From positions 1 to 41,579 of the IMG/VR virus record IMGVR_UViG_3300005662_000081: a stretch of DNA of 41,579 nt; one strand, written 5' to 3'. Shown here piece after piece: positions 16,466 through 25,301 of the stretch (positions are counted from its first letter, which is position 1; every line of letters starts with the position of its first letter). Both the position numbers and the translations under genes were made by a program. This DNA comes from a virus (lineage: Duplodnaviria > Caudoviricetes). A model generated the notes under the pieces. It searched no databases. It saw only the letters and a program-made list of their open reading frames with translations, and was not told the origin of the DNA.

Positions 16466-16860
16466 TACTCTACCCCCCTTTCGTGAGCTACGGACGACAC
16501 GGAGGTCGTCCCTCCAAGACCAACGCGGCGGGCGAGTTTGGCCCATGGGTAGGCGTGGGGCTCGAAGGAGTTGCGCCTATGCCAGATGGCCCACTCTTGG
16601 GGGTGCGTGGCGACGCGGAGAAATTCGCGGACGGGGTTCGCGTGGCCGACCGAGGCGGCGAGCTCGACGAACCAGGCGTTGGGGGGGAGGTCGTAGGTCA
16701 TATCGTTGGTATCCGGGGAGTAGTGGACTTCGTGGGCGAGGAGGAAGACTTGCGGGGTGTTGAAAACGAGGCCGTGGGCCATGTGCCAGCCGAGGAGGGA
16801 TTCAAAAGGTTCTGTGGTGTGTTCGTCATGCCAGTTGCGGGCTCGTTCCCAGGGGAGCAT
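16465..16860 (-). CDS. Hypothetical protein in the T7 gp13-like position, possible GNAT fold
   Basis: 131 aa alpha/beta pattern between the tail genes and the first ejection protein. The fold is inference. Confidence 0.5.
   Translation of the reverse strand: MLPWERARNWHDEHTTEPFESLLGWHMAHGLVFNTPQVFLLAHEVHYSPDTNDMTYDLPPNAWFVELAASVGHANPVREFLRVATHPQEWAIWHRRNSFEPHAYPWAKLARRVGLGGTTSVSSVAHERGVE
16492..16515 (-). repeat. REP-like hairpin
   Basis: GGAG-GGACGAC-CTCCGT-GTCGTCC: a tetranucleotide foot plus a 7-bp stem. Confidence 0.55.
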
Positions 16861-17747
16861 TAGGGGGTTAATTCAGTGACCGTCATGGTGCTGATGGTGC
16901 GGAAAGAATAGTCTCCAACATTTGTATCGTAATATGATTTATTTATGTAACCTATTATCGAAGAATAGACTTTTGCTTGTATTTTGTATGAAACGGTTAA
17001 TGTGGAACCTGGAGAATTATCAATAAAATCCAAATTAACGCTTTGAATTGCGTATGCTCCGCTATATCCACCGTTACTTGTTGCTACAAGTCGATCTCCT
17101 GAAGAAGTCCCAACTCCTATGGCTGTGCTTCCACGCAAGATTCTAAATGCAATCCCATGGTTGCCATTGTTAGTGGTGCACGAAATGTTGGCTTGAATGC
17201 GAACTGCCCCAGAAGATGAAGCAATCCTTCTTGTTAATGTGATAGAAAGGCTTGAAACATCAACCCAATCGGATGCGCCGGTGTTGATATCCTGGGTGTT
17301 TGTTTTAACGGCTTGAACAACTTGGATGGGAAAATTTGACGGCAAAGCTAAACTGGCGAGGCCGAGGGTGCCAAAGCCCAAAGCTGTTCCACTGCGGCGG
17401 AGGACATGACCGTCGGTGGAGGCCGAGAGGTCGGTTGGGTTAGTGGTGCTATTTGTCGGATTTCCGATTACCGACAAGGCGGCGGAATCGCGGAGGATGG
17501 TCGAGGTGACGGATTTGTCGGCCAGCTTGGTCGAGGTGACGGATTTGTCGGCCAGCTTGGTCGTGGTGACATTCGCGTCTGCGATTTTGGCCGTGGTGAT
17601 CGCTGAGTTGGAAATATCCTCAGTGGCGATGGCCGCGATAATTACGCTCGGCGTTTGAGCCAAATTCAAGATGGCCGGGGTAACGGTCTGGCCGGAGGTG
17701 AATCCTGTAGGGTGGTTGTAGCCTTTGGTGACGGTGATGGTAGCCAT
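16860..17747 (-). CDS. Tail fibre / spike protein (295 aa)
   Basis: VTxTKLAD 10-aa repeats (30-nt tandem near 17500-17570) and an AT-rich C-terminal beta domain. Confidence 0.7.
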   Translation of the reverse strand: MATITVTKGYNHPTGFTSGQTVTPAILNLAQTPSVIIAAIATEDISNSAITTAKIADANVTTTKLADKSVTSTKLADKSVTSTILRDSAALSVIGNPTNSTTNPTDLSASTDGHVLRRSGTALGFGTLGLASLALPSNFPIQVVQAVKTNTQDINTGASDWVDVSSLSITLTRRIASSSGAVRIQANISCTTNNGNHGIAFRILRGSTAIGVGTSSGDRLVATSNGGYSGAYAIQSVNLDFIDNSPGSTLTVSYKIQAKVYSSIIGYINKSYYDTNVGDYSFRTISTMTVTELTP

Positions 17748-17750
17748 GGG

Positions 17751-19745
17751 TTAGGAGACGGTGCGGGTTTCGGTGTGCGGGAGTCTGCCCGTGGCGGCCT
17801 CGGCGGCGACGGAACGGATTTCCGGCCGACCGGTGGTGCTGGTGAATGTCAGCTCCAGGGCATGGGCTTTTGTGCGGATGGGAAATTTAAGTGAGTAATC
17901 CTCCGGGGTTCCGGTGGAGTTCGAGAGGGTGGCGACTTGGAAGGTGGAGTCGGGGTTAATGATGACGGCGGATGCGGATAGGGATGAGGACTCGGGAAGG
18001 ACGACATCGGCGAGGCTGCGGAGGAACCGCTTGGAGTGCGGGGTGCCGAAGTTATAGCGGCGCGTCCGGATGGTGGCTTCGACAGGCGTGGTGCCTGCGC
18101 CAGCTTGAGCGGCTTCGTCTCCGGCTTCGATTTCATCCAAGAGAAAAAGGGAACCAGCGCGGTTGGTGATGAAGACGCGGCGGGTAGTGCCGTAGGTGGC
18201 TACCAGGAAATTATCGACGCCGAAACCATAAATGTCGCGGGTTTCCCAAGACTCGTTAAGAGAGTTGTAAATGAAAACGGTATTGTTGGTAGTGGTCTGC
18301 GCACCGGAATTGTCGGTGGGACAGGCGATGAGGTAGCGGTTGTCGAACCACAGTCCGACAGAGTTCTTCGCCAGCGCCGCATTCAAGTTTGCGAATTGGT
18401 CGGCGATGGGGTCGGAGAGAGGTTTGGTGTCGCCGCGAAGTTTGAGGTCGAGCTTGGTGTCCAACCGATAGATGCCGGAGTCGGAGAGGAAATAAACGAA
18501 GTTGCCTGCCGTGACGATGGAGCGGCGGGCGGAGCAACCCACTTCGTCGGTGAGGAGGGTGAGCTTGGAAATCAAGGTCGCGCCGGTATCAACGATATCG
18601 AATGATTGATTGATTTCGGCCAGATAGATGGACCGGCGCATGAAGACGAGGGCGCTGCCTTCGACCCATGGGTGGACGGCTACGAGGTAGTCGTTGCTGC
18701 CTTGGTTGGCTCGGAAGTTTTGCCAGAAGGGGTCGTAATTGTTCGGGTCCAGAACATCGGAAAGCGAAACCGAGTCGCGGCCATCAGGGATGACGAGGCG
18801 GTTATTGATGTAGCTTGCCCACCCGACCGAGCGCATGGTGCGATAGGTGGGACCGGCAGAGGGGATTCCTGCGGGGGATTTGACAAAATTCGTGGTGGGC
18901 AGGCCGTCCCAATAGATCGGTGGTTTTACACGGCGGACGGTGCGCCCAGAGATGGCGGTGTCGTTGGCTGTGCCCGCTGGCACGGCAATGGTGAATGAAT
19001 TGCCAGTAGTGCTAAGGATGTCAAATTCGTGGCCGTTGAATGCGGCGGTGGGAGACCCTTCCAACCGGATTCGCTGTCCGGAGGTGTAGCCGTGGCCCGT
19101 GCAGTTCACGGTGGCGGTGGTGGTGGAAACGGTAATGCCGCCAGCAGTGAGGTTTTTCTCCTCCCAGCCTGGGATCGTCGGATCGGCCTCGCAGAAAAGG
19201 TAGAGGCGGTCGTAGGCTTGCAGCATCGTGACGGTATCGTTAGCCTCAATGCTGCTGCCGTCTGGAAATGTTAACTCGCCGGGGAGAATGGAAATGACGA
19301 TGGGAGATTCGTCTTCGTAGGAAATCGGTTCGCCGGTATCAGTGGAAAGGTATCCATCGCTCCAGACGCCGGAGGTGAAATCACCTTGGGCGAGGACTGG
19401 GAATGCACGGTCGGAACCGGCGATGACAAGAACCTCCATGGAATTCACTCCGTCTGGCGAGCGCATCACGGCTGAGGTGAAAATTCCACCGGCATAGGCC
19501 GAGCGGACGACGGGCTCGTTCGGCGCGGAGTTAAGAACAAACGGAAGGGAGAGCGGGGTGCCAGCAGGCGAGATGTTTTCAGCGAGGCGCTTGGCACCTT
19601 TGCGAACCTTGGCAACGCCTCGGTCGAAGCGCATATTCACCGAGTCTTGCAAAACCCCAGGCGGAAGATTGACCGGATTGAGTCGGCTGGCAAAGCCGAT
19701 AAATCCAAAGTCGCCATCAATAGCTATGGGGGAGTCCAGCGACAT
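17751..19745 (-). CDS. Tail nozzle / DNA stabilization protein (P22 gp10 / T7 gp12-like)
   Basis: 664 aa, beta-propeller-like motifs (EVGCSARRSIV, VYFLSDSGIYRL, PLSDPI). Confidence 0.75.
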   Translation of the reverse strand: MSLDSPIAIDGDFGFIGFASRLNPVNLPPGVLQDSVNMRFDRGVAKVRKGAKRLAENISPAGTPLSLPFVLNSAPNEPVVRSAYAGGIFTSAVMRSPDGVNSMEVLVIAGSDRAFPVLAQGDFTSGVWSDGYLSTDTGEPISYEDESPIVISILPGELTFPDGSSIEANDTVTMLQAYDRLYLFCEADPTIPGWEEKNLTAGGITVSTTTATVNCTGHGYTSGQRIRLEGSPTAAFNGHEFDILSTTGNSFTIAVPAGTANDTAISGRTVRRVKPPIYWDGLPTTNFVKSPAGIPSAGPTYRTMRSVGWASYINNRLVIPDGRDSVSLSDVLDPNNYDPFWQNFRANQGSNDYLVAVHPWVEGSALVFMRRSIYLAEINQSFDIVDTGATLISKLTLLTDEVGCSARRSIVTAGNFVYFLSDSGIYRLDTKLDLKLRGDTKPLSDPIADQFANLNAALAKNSVGLWFDNRYLIACPTDNSGAQTTTNNTVFIYNSLNESWETRDIYGFGVDNFLVATYGTTRRVFITNRAGSLFLLDEIEAGDEAAQAGAGTTPVEATIRTRRYNFGTPHSKRFLRSLADVVLPESSSLSASAVIINPDSTFQVATLSNSTGTPEDYSLKFPIRTKAHALELTFTSTTGRPEIRSVAAEAATGRLPHTETRTVS

Positions 19746-20422
19746 TATGTTGCGATAATGCCAATCGTGCGCAGTCGTGAAAGAATGGCCTCTTGTTTAG
19801 CTTCCAGCTCCACGCAGAATTCTAAAAGTTGGTTTACTGTTGGCGAGGTTGCATCAACCGTTACTGATCCATTTGCCGTTGGCAGTGAACCGGTGGAAGT
19901 GGTAACATCAAGACTCGTAATTGCGGTTGGTTGCACAACCGGAGTGGCGTTCCAGAATCCGAGCTTTTGCGTTATGGCGGTGCCTATCTTGGTGCCGGTG
20001 GAGGTTCCAGCAGCCACATTGTTGCCTTCGCCCAAAGTCAAACCAGCGCAATTTACAGGTCCGCAAGTTAAGGTTCCGCTGGAAAGATTAAGCGGAGTGC
20101 TTCCGGAGCCAGAAGCGATCAGTCCAACTTCCTGCAAACTAACGAGGAGATCGGCGGTGAGGGCGGGTTGATCGACCGGCGTGGCGTTCCAGAATCCGAG
20201 CTTTTGAGTAGCGTCGGTGCCAAGCTTGGTGCCGGTGGTGGCGTCAAGGGCAAAGTTGGTGGCGGCGGGGACGGTGACGGTGTTGCTGACCGTGCGAAGG
20301 CAGTCGCTTTTCAGGACGCCGGAGGTGACGCGCTTGGTGACGCCGTTGTCGCTGATGGGCAAAAAGTCTGAATCGTCCGGCAGCGTGGAGAGGAGAGTGA
20401 GTTGGTCGATGGTTTTTGCCAT
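19745..20422 (-). CDS. Virion structural / fibre protein (225 aa)
   Basis: Internal duplication GTK(L/I)GTxxTQKLGFWNATPV twice. Confidence 0.6.
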   Translation of the reverse strand: MAKTIDQLTLLSTLPDDSDFLPISDNGVTKRVTSGVLKSDCLRTVSNTVTVPAATNFALDATTGTKLGTDATQKLGFWNATPVDQPALTADLLVSLQEVGLIASGSGSTPLNLSSGTLTCGPVNCAGLTLGEGNNVAAGTSTGTKIGTAITQKLGFWNATPVVQPTAITSLDVTTSTGSLPTANGSVTVDATSPTVNQLLEFCVELEAKQEAILSRLRTIGIIAT

Positions 20423-20425
20423 GGT

Positions 20426-20881
20426 CTACTTTCTATTGTGCGGGGGGTTGTCAAGGAGGCTGCGGATAGCCGGTGTGGAGAGGCGGCGGCGGTTGTTCGT
20501 GCTGAAAAGATCGCGGATCGCTCCGGCGGTTTTGTGCGGGTGCTCGAGGATTTTTTGGCGAACCTTGGGCAGCAAATCGGCGGGGATGCCGGGGATGGTT
20601 TCCGCTGCGGCGGCAGAGGATTTGGCGGGCTTGGGGGTGCCGGGCTCGATGATGCGGTAGCAGGTGACTTGCACGGGGCGCATGGTGGCGGCGTCCCAAT
20701 CGCTGAATTTTTTAGTCTCGATGTCGCGGGCTTCGATGGCGTCGCGCAGGAGGTCGTGGACATTGCGCTCGGGGCAGCCGAGTTGGCGGGCCGCTTGCTG
20801 GCGGGTGAGCCATCCTTGGTTTGCGGGGATGCCGTATTTGAGGGCTTTGTGCTTGAGGGCGATGGCGGCGAGTTTGTTCAT
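20426..20881 (-). CDS. HTH-containing protein (151 aa)
   Basis: WLTRQQAARQLGCPERNVHDLL; start ATG 20881. Confidence 0.6.
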   Translation of the reverse strand: MNKLAAIALKHKALKYGIPANQGWLTRQQAARQLGCPERNVHDLLRDAIEARDIETKKFSDWDAATMRPVQVTCYRIIEPGTPKPAKSSAAAAETIPGIPADLLPKVRQKILEHPHKTAGAIRDLFSTNNRRRLSTPAIRSLLDNPPHNRK

Positions 20882-21864
20882 GCGGACTTGGGTTTGAGGA
20901 GGAGGCTGGCGTAGCTGGTGCCTTCGTTGATGGTGACATTCACCATCTGGAAGTTGCCGGTCTTTTTGCTGATGAAGCGGACGAGGTAGCCATGCGTCCA
21001 CTCGGTGGGGCGGGTGTTGGCGTAGAGGGGCTGGCGTTTGCACAGGCAGCCGGGGTTCCATGCGGAAATGAGGCCGACGCCGGGGAGGTGCATCGGCTTG
21101 TAGGCGGCGCGGTGCGTGTCGAAGAAAACGATGTTCGCAGCGGCCTTGGCCATGGCTTGCCCAGCGGCATCGCGGGCGTTGCTGATTTTGTGAACGAAAA
21201 ATGCCTTGTCGATTTTGACCCAGCCTGGCGTGTCGCAGTCTCCGTGGGTTTTGCCTTGGTGGTAGTAGCGGATGCCTCGGTCTTTGAGCCGGAGGACATG
21301 CTCGGGGCAGAAGGTGCGGCGAAGCAGGTCGGTGTCTTTGTGGTGAGCGAGGCGTTGGGTGAGCGCCCATCTCTCGACGCGCCATTCGTGGTTGCCTTCG
21401 ATGTAATGCACTTCGGAGGGTGAGGCGGCGGCGAGGATTTGGTCGAGGAGACTGTTGGCAACGGCGATGTCGTCTTCGTAGGAGTCCTCGGTCTCGGCGA
21501 CATAGCCGAGCGTGTGGTGCTCGGCGAGGAAGCCGCCGCAGTCAATAAAATCGCCGCCGATGATGAGACGGTCGGGCTTGAGGGTTTTGAGATCGCCGAG
21601 GAAAGCGGCCATCGCGGCGGGGTCGTGCTTGTTGCCGTGGACATCGGAGAAAATGACTTCGATGATGTCGCCGGTTCCGGCCCTCGATGTGGCGGGCGTG
21701 ACCTTGCGCGGGGCTTTGGTGAAACGCGAACGCTCCAGAGCCTTGATCGTTTCGGCGTGGGCGCGGCGCTCGGCTTCGAGCTGGGCGCGGGCTTGGGCTG
21801 CTTCGTTCTGCGCGGCGGTGACTTGGCTGGCGTGAACGATGTTTTGCAGTTTGTTGGTTTTCAT
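20878..21864 (-). CDS. Calcineurin-like metallophosphoesterase
   Basis: SDVHG, GGDFIDC, EGNHE, DTHR motifs plus an N-terminal coiled coil. Start ATG 21864. Confidence 0.85.
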   Translation of the reverse strand: MKTNKLQNIVHASQVTAAQNEAAQARAQLEAERRAHAETIKALERSRFTKAPRKVTPATSRAGTGDIIEVIFSDVHGNKHDPAAMAAFLGDLKTLKPDRLIIGGDFIDCGGFLAEHHTLGYVAETEDSYEDDIAVANSLLDQILAAASPSEVHYIEGNHEWRVERWALTQRLAHHKDTDLLRRTFCPEHVLRLKDRGIRYYHQGKTHGDCDTPGWVKIDKAFFVHKISNARDAAGQAMAKAAANIVFFDTHRAAYKPMHLPGVGLISAWNPGCLCKRQPLYANTRPTEWTHGYLVRFISKKTGNFQMVNVTINEGTSYASLLLKPKSA

Positions 21865-22112
21865 TCTTCGTCCTCCTCGTCTTCGTCTTCGGTTTCGTAA
21901 GGCCACAAAATTTCGTCGGCCTCGCGGGTGATGGCGCGGGCGGCGTAGTCGTTGCCGAATTTGAAATCCATGAAGAAGGTCTCGCCGCCGTCCTCCCAAG
22001 AGACCAAGGCAATGCCGACATCGAAATGCTCGGCGAGGAGGTCGCGCACCTGGAGCATGATGGCTTCGCGGTCTTTCGGTGGGGAGGATTTGGGTTTGCG
22101 CAGGCGGCTCAT
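21861..22112 (-). CDS. Hypothetical protein with acidic tail (83 aa)
   Basis: MSRLRKPK...YETEDEDEEDEE, with ATGA overlaps. Confidence 0.7.
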   Translation of the reverse strand: MSRLRKPKSSPPKDREAIMLQVRDLLAEHFDVGIALVSWEDGGETFFMDFKFGNDYAARAITREADEILWPYETEDEDEEDEE

Positions 22113-22657
22113 GCGTTGCCCTCCTCGACGAGCAGGTAGGGGATGGTCTTCTGCCCGGCGCGGTCCATTTCGGAGTAGGCGAGGGCGATGAATGCGCTCC
22201 ACTGGGCGGGGTGGATCGTCTGACAGCCGAGCGAACTCGTAGTGTTGTAGCCTCCTTTGTGCAGGTTGATGGCGGTTCCCATCGAGTCGCCTTCGCCGTC
22301 GCGGGCCACGGGGAGTTGTTCGCCGGGCGTGGCGGGGCGCAGGGCAGGATAGCCGCCGCCGGGCTTGCTGAGGCCGTGTTTGCCTTTGCGGTAGCGGTGC
22401 ACGCCGGGCTTGAGGACGGCGATGCCTTGGCGGCACACCGAAGGATCGGTGTTGGCGTTGAATGTTGCGTAGGCGTTTGGGGAGACGAGGAAAATGGCGT
22501 CGTCGTAGATGCCTCGGTCGTTCTCGCCGGGCTTGCCCATCGTGTCGCGGTAGTAGCCACGGATGCCCACCAGAGCGACCTCATCGGCAACGCGGGCCTT
22601 GGTGAGCAGGGCTTGCGTTTTCGACTTGGCTTGTTGTGGACGGCTCGGGGGGAGCAT
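22109..22657 (-). CDS. Putative endolysin, YkuD / L,D-peptidase-like
   Basis: INLHKGGYNTTSSLGCQTI matches the H..SxGC motif. Sits in the lysis cassette. Confidence 0.65.
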   Translation of the reverse strand: MLPPSRPQQAKSKTQALLTKARVADEVALVGIRGYYRDTMGKPGENDRGIYDDAIFLVSPNAYATFNANTDPSVCRQGIAVLKPGVHRYRKGKHGLSKPGGGYPALRPATPGEQLPVARDGEGDSMGTAINLHKGGYNTTSSLGCQTIHPAQWSAFIALAYSEMDRAGQKTIPYLLVEEGNA

Positions 22658-22662
22658 CAGGA

Positions 22663-22693
22663 GTTTTAGGTTTTAAGTTTTAAGTTTTAAGTT
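22663..22693 (+). repeat. GTTTTAA 7-nt tandem array (others at 23069-23097, 25665-25686, 31673-31684)
   Basis: Read directly from the sequence. Confidence 0.85.
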
Positions 22694-22697
22694 CTCC

Positions 22698-22726
22698 CTC
22701 TGTGCTCTCTGTGTCCTCTGTGGTTA
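22698..22726 (-). repeat. ACCACAGAGGACACAGAG-type 9-nt-period repeat (others at 32948-32978, 35861-35890, 36464-36493)
   Basis: Read directly from the sequence; four dispersed copies. Confidence 0.85.
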
Positions 22727-22888
22727 TTTATCCTTGAGGGCGGGCAGCTCGGGGAGGGTGTAGCTGAAGCGCCCGTAGTCGGTTTCGAGCGAGACGCCGA
22801 GCGTGCTGCAGCCGGTCAGAAAACTGATCGTCACAAAGATGTATCCGATCAGCAGGGCCATCGCGGAGACCTTGGCCGGTGCACTCAT
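22724..22888 (-). CDS. Small lipoprotein (spanin-like candidate, 54 aa)
   Basis: Hydrophobic signal and lipobox FLTGC, in the lysis cassette. Confidence 0.6.
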   Translation of the reverse strand: MSAPAKVSAMALLIGYIFVTISFLTGCSTLGVSLETDYGRFSYTLPELPALKDK

Positions 22889-23052
22889 TTCTTCTCGTTG
22901 CGGAAAATCTCTACCAGCGCGATGACCGCTGCCACGGCGGACGCGATGGCTTCCCAATGTTGGGGAGAGAGGCTTAATCCGGCGAGGCCGCCGAGGACGG
23001 CGAGGCCGCGAAAGGTGGACGGTTGTTTTAAGTGCGAGAGGAATTTATTCAT
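22885..23052 (-). CDS. Holin (55 aa)
   Basis: MNKFLSHLKQPSTFRGLAVLGGLAGLSLSPQHWEAIASAVAAVIALVEIFRNEKK: two TM segments and a charged C-terminus. Confidence 0.75.
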   Translation of the reverse strand: MNKFLSHLKQPSTFRGLAVLGGLAGLSLSPQHWEAIASAVAAVIALVEIFRNEKK

Positions 23053-23092
23053 GGGGGGGGAGGGAGGGGTTTTAAGTTTTAAGAATTAAGTT

Positions 23093-23278
23093 TTAAGGGT
23101 CGTGCGGCGTGCGCTTCTTGTTGAGGATCGCGTAGAGCGAGGCCACGCCGACCGCGATGCCGACTAGGAGCGAGGCGATGCGCAGCCAGGCTTCGATCTC
23201 GGGAAGCATCGACACCCCGAGCCCCGTCGCGGTGGCGAGGAGGCCGGTGAGGCTGGCTGTGGCTTGGTGCGTGTCCAT
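23093..23278 (-). CDS. Small membrane protein (holin/antiholin-like, 61 aa)
   Basis: Two hydrophobic segments and a basic C-terminus. Confidence 0.6.
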   Translation of the reverse strand: MDTHQATASLTGLLATATGLGVSMLPEIEAWLRIASLLVGIAVGVASLYAILNKKRTPHDP

Positions 23279-24996
23279 TAGCTGAGTGCGGCGGCGAGCT
23301 GCGCTCCGGTGGTGGCCACGGTCGAGCATTGCGCGAGTCTGTCGGTCTGGAGCAGGTCGGTCTTGGCTTTCACCGCGTCGAGCTTCGAGGCTTCGGATGC
23401 AGCGAGTCTGCTGCTCACGGCTTGGTCCACTCGGGCCAACTCGACCGAAAGCTCGGAACGCACGGCTGCTGCCACCGTGCTGGCGGACGGCGCAGTGACT
23501 CCGGCGATGGCGGCTTCGAGGAGGCTTTGGTCGGCAGGATCGCTCGGCAGCGCATCGGTCTTCGATTTGATCGCCGAAAGCTGGGTCGAGTTGCTATCGA
23601 GTTCTTGGCGAATCTCGATGGCGGTCGGGCCGCTTGCGCTGGTGAGCGTGCGGCTCGAGTGGCTCCAGATGTCGCTCGGCGTGACCGAGGCGGGTGCGTT
23701 GGTGAGCGTGTCCACCGTGCCGCCGGTGATAGATCGAGTTGCAGCGCCCCAGACGGCGGTGGCGATGTCTGATCCAGTGACAAAGGCTGTGCCCGTTGTG
23801 TTGTCCACAGCGACTCCCAGACTAACCGAACCAGCGGCTGGGACTGCACATGTGCCGGTCAAAGCGCCCGATGCGTAGCTGACTCCGCTGCGCACATCGG
23901 TGGCGGCTGGCATGGCGGCGTTGGCCGTGGCGTCGATGAGGGTCTTTGCGCCTGCGGTGTCGGCGTAGTTAAACACGGCCACATTGGTATTGGCTTTTTT
24001 CAGCCGGATCGGGCCGGAAGTTGGAGACTGCCCTAAAATACCGTATTCAATTTCTTCAACGGTGGTTTGTGAGTTTTGGCCCGCACTCACGCCTACCGAC
24101 GAACTTAATCCAACAGAACCTGCGCCAAACCCGTTTCCGACTGCGCGTTTGACTCTGGCGGTTCCAAGCGAGTTTGAAAGGCCGGTGAAGTTCTCACCTC
24201 CAACCGCACTCCCATTTACAACAATCGTTGCAGTAGATATGTTTATTAAGCCATTACCACCGCGCCCGCCGACAACATTTCCGTTTATGGTGATGGTATT
24301 AATTCCCGACTCATTTCGGATGCCGTGGGCATTAGTCAAAGAGGATGTGGCTGATCCAGATGCCGTGCCGGTAAAGTTGATTGTTCCGGCAGTGCAGTAA
24401 ATTCCATGATAATCATTTGCAGAACCTCCAGTAGCTGATCCAGAAAGCACATTGAGAGTGCCGCCGCTCATATTTATCGCGGTGCTATAGGGGGTAGAAC
24501 CTGAGGTCGGTGATCCGCTTCCACCTGTAATGACTCCGGTGATATTCACCGTGCCTGCTGTCAAGACCAGTGCGTTGGAGATAGTGCTGACGCCTCCGGT
24601 CAAATTGCCTGTGATGTTCAAAACTCCAGTGCTGGTTTTGTTAATTCCATGTGAATTCACATTCGATCCAGCTAATACATTTCCGTTTAGCGTGCCAGAA
24701 TTCCCCCCTGTTTGGTTGATAAGAGCCGCGCCAGCGTTGCAGCGAAAAAGGTTTGCTGTAATGGTGACGCCATTGCCTAATGTGAATGAGCCGCCAGCCG
24801 TGGCTCCCCCGATAGTGTCATTGCGTATTTCCCCAACGGTCGCTGACACATTTAGCGTGACGGTGAAATTATTCGCCATCAAAACATCGATGTTCGTGAA
24901 TGTTGGGAACAGGTCACTGGCTGTGCCGGTGGGCGTAGTGGCCCAGACATCGGCGGCGTTTATGTTGCCAGTTTTACGAGCGTAGTAGGTTGCCAT
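23278..24996 (-). CDS. Fibre/spike protein with beta-solenoid repeats (572 aa)
   Basis: G/T/N-rich repeats (GTxNITGxxTGG) followed by a helical C-terminal region. Confidence 0.7.
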   Translation of the reverse strand: MATYYARKTGNINAADVWATTPTGTASDLFPTFTNIDVLMANNFTVTLNVSATVGEIRNDTIGGATAGGSFTLGNGVTITANLFRCNAGAALINQTGGNSGTLNGNVLAGSNVNSHGINKTSTGVLNITGNLTGGVSTISNALVLTAGTVNITGVITGGSGSPTSGSTPYSTAINMSGGTLNVLSGSATGGSANDYHGIYCTAGTINFTGTASGSATSSLTNAHGIRNESGINTITINGNVVGGRGGNGLINISTATIVVNGSAVGGENFTGLSNSLGTARVKRAVGNGFGAGSVGLSSSVGVSAGQNSQTTVEEIEYGILGQSPTSGPIRLKKANTNVAVFNYADTAGAKTLIDATANAAMPAATDVRSGVSYASGALTGTCAVPAAGSVSLGVAVDNTTGTAFVTGSDIATAVWGAATRSITGGTVDTLTNAPASVTPSDIWSHSSRTLTSASGPTAIEIRQELDSNSTQLSAIKSKTDALPSDPADQSLLEAAIAGVTAPSASTVAAAVRSELSVELARVDQAVSSRLAASEASKLDAVKAKTDLLQTDRLAQCSTVATTGAQLAAALS

Positions 24997-24999
24997 GGC

Positions 25000-25281
25000 T
25001 TAGAGTCCTTTTGCGGCGATGTAGGCTTGGAGTGCGGCTTGGATCGCGCCGACGGCCTGCTGGGTGGCGGCGTCCGCACCGGCCAGTGATCCGAGGACGA
25101 TGCCGATGGCGGCTTCGTCTGCGGTGATGACCTCATTGTTCTCGATGCAAGTCGGGACCAGGCGCATGGCGACCTGCGCGTCACTCGATCCATCGCCGTT
25201 GTATTTGCCTGTGATGGCCAAGTTGAGCGAATATTTTGGGTATTGTTTGCCGTCGATTTCGATGGGGTTGGTAGCGATCAT
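25000..25281 (-). CDS. Small fibre-associated protein (93 aa)
   Basis: MIATNPIEIDGKQYPKYSLNLAI..., directly upstream of the fibre gene. Confidence 0.6.
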   Translation of the reverse strand: MIATNPIEIDGKQYPKYSLNLAITGKYNGDGSSDAQVAMRLVPTCIENNEVITADEAAIGIVLGSLAGADAATQQAVGAIQAALQAYIAAKGL

Positions 25282-25301
25282 GGTGTTTGGATTTTTTGGG
25301 T

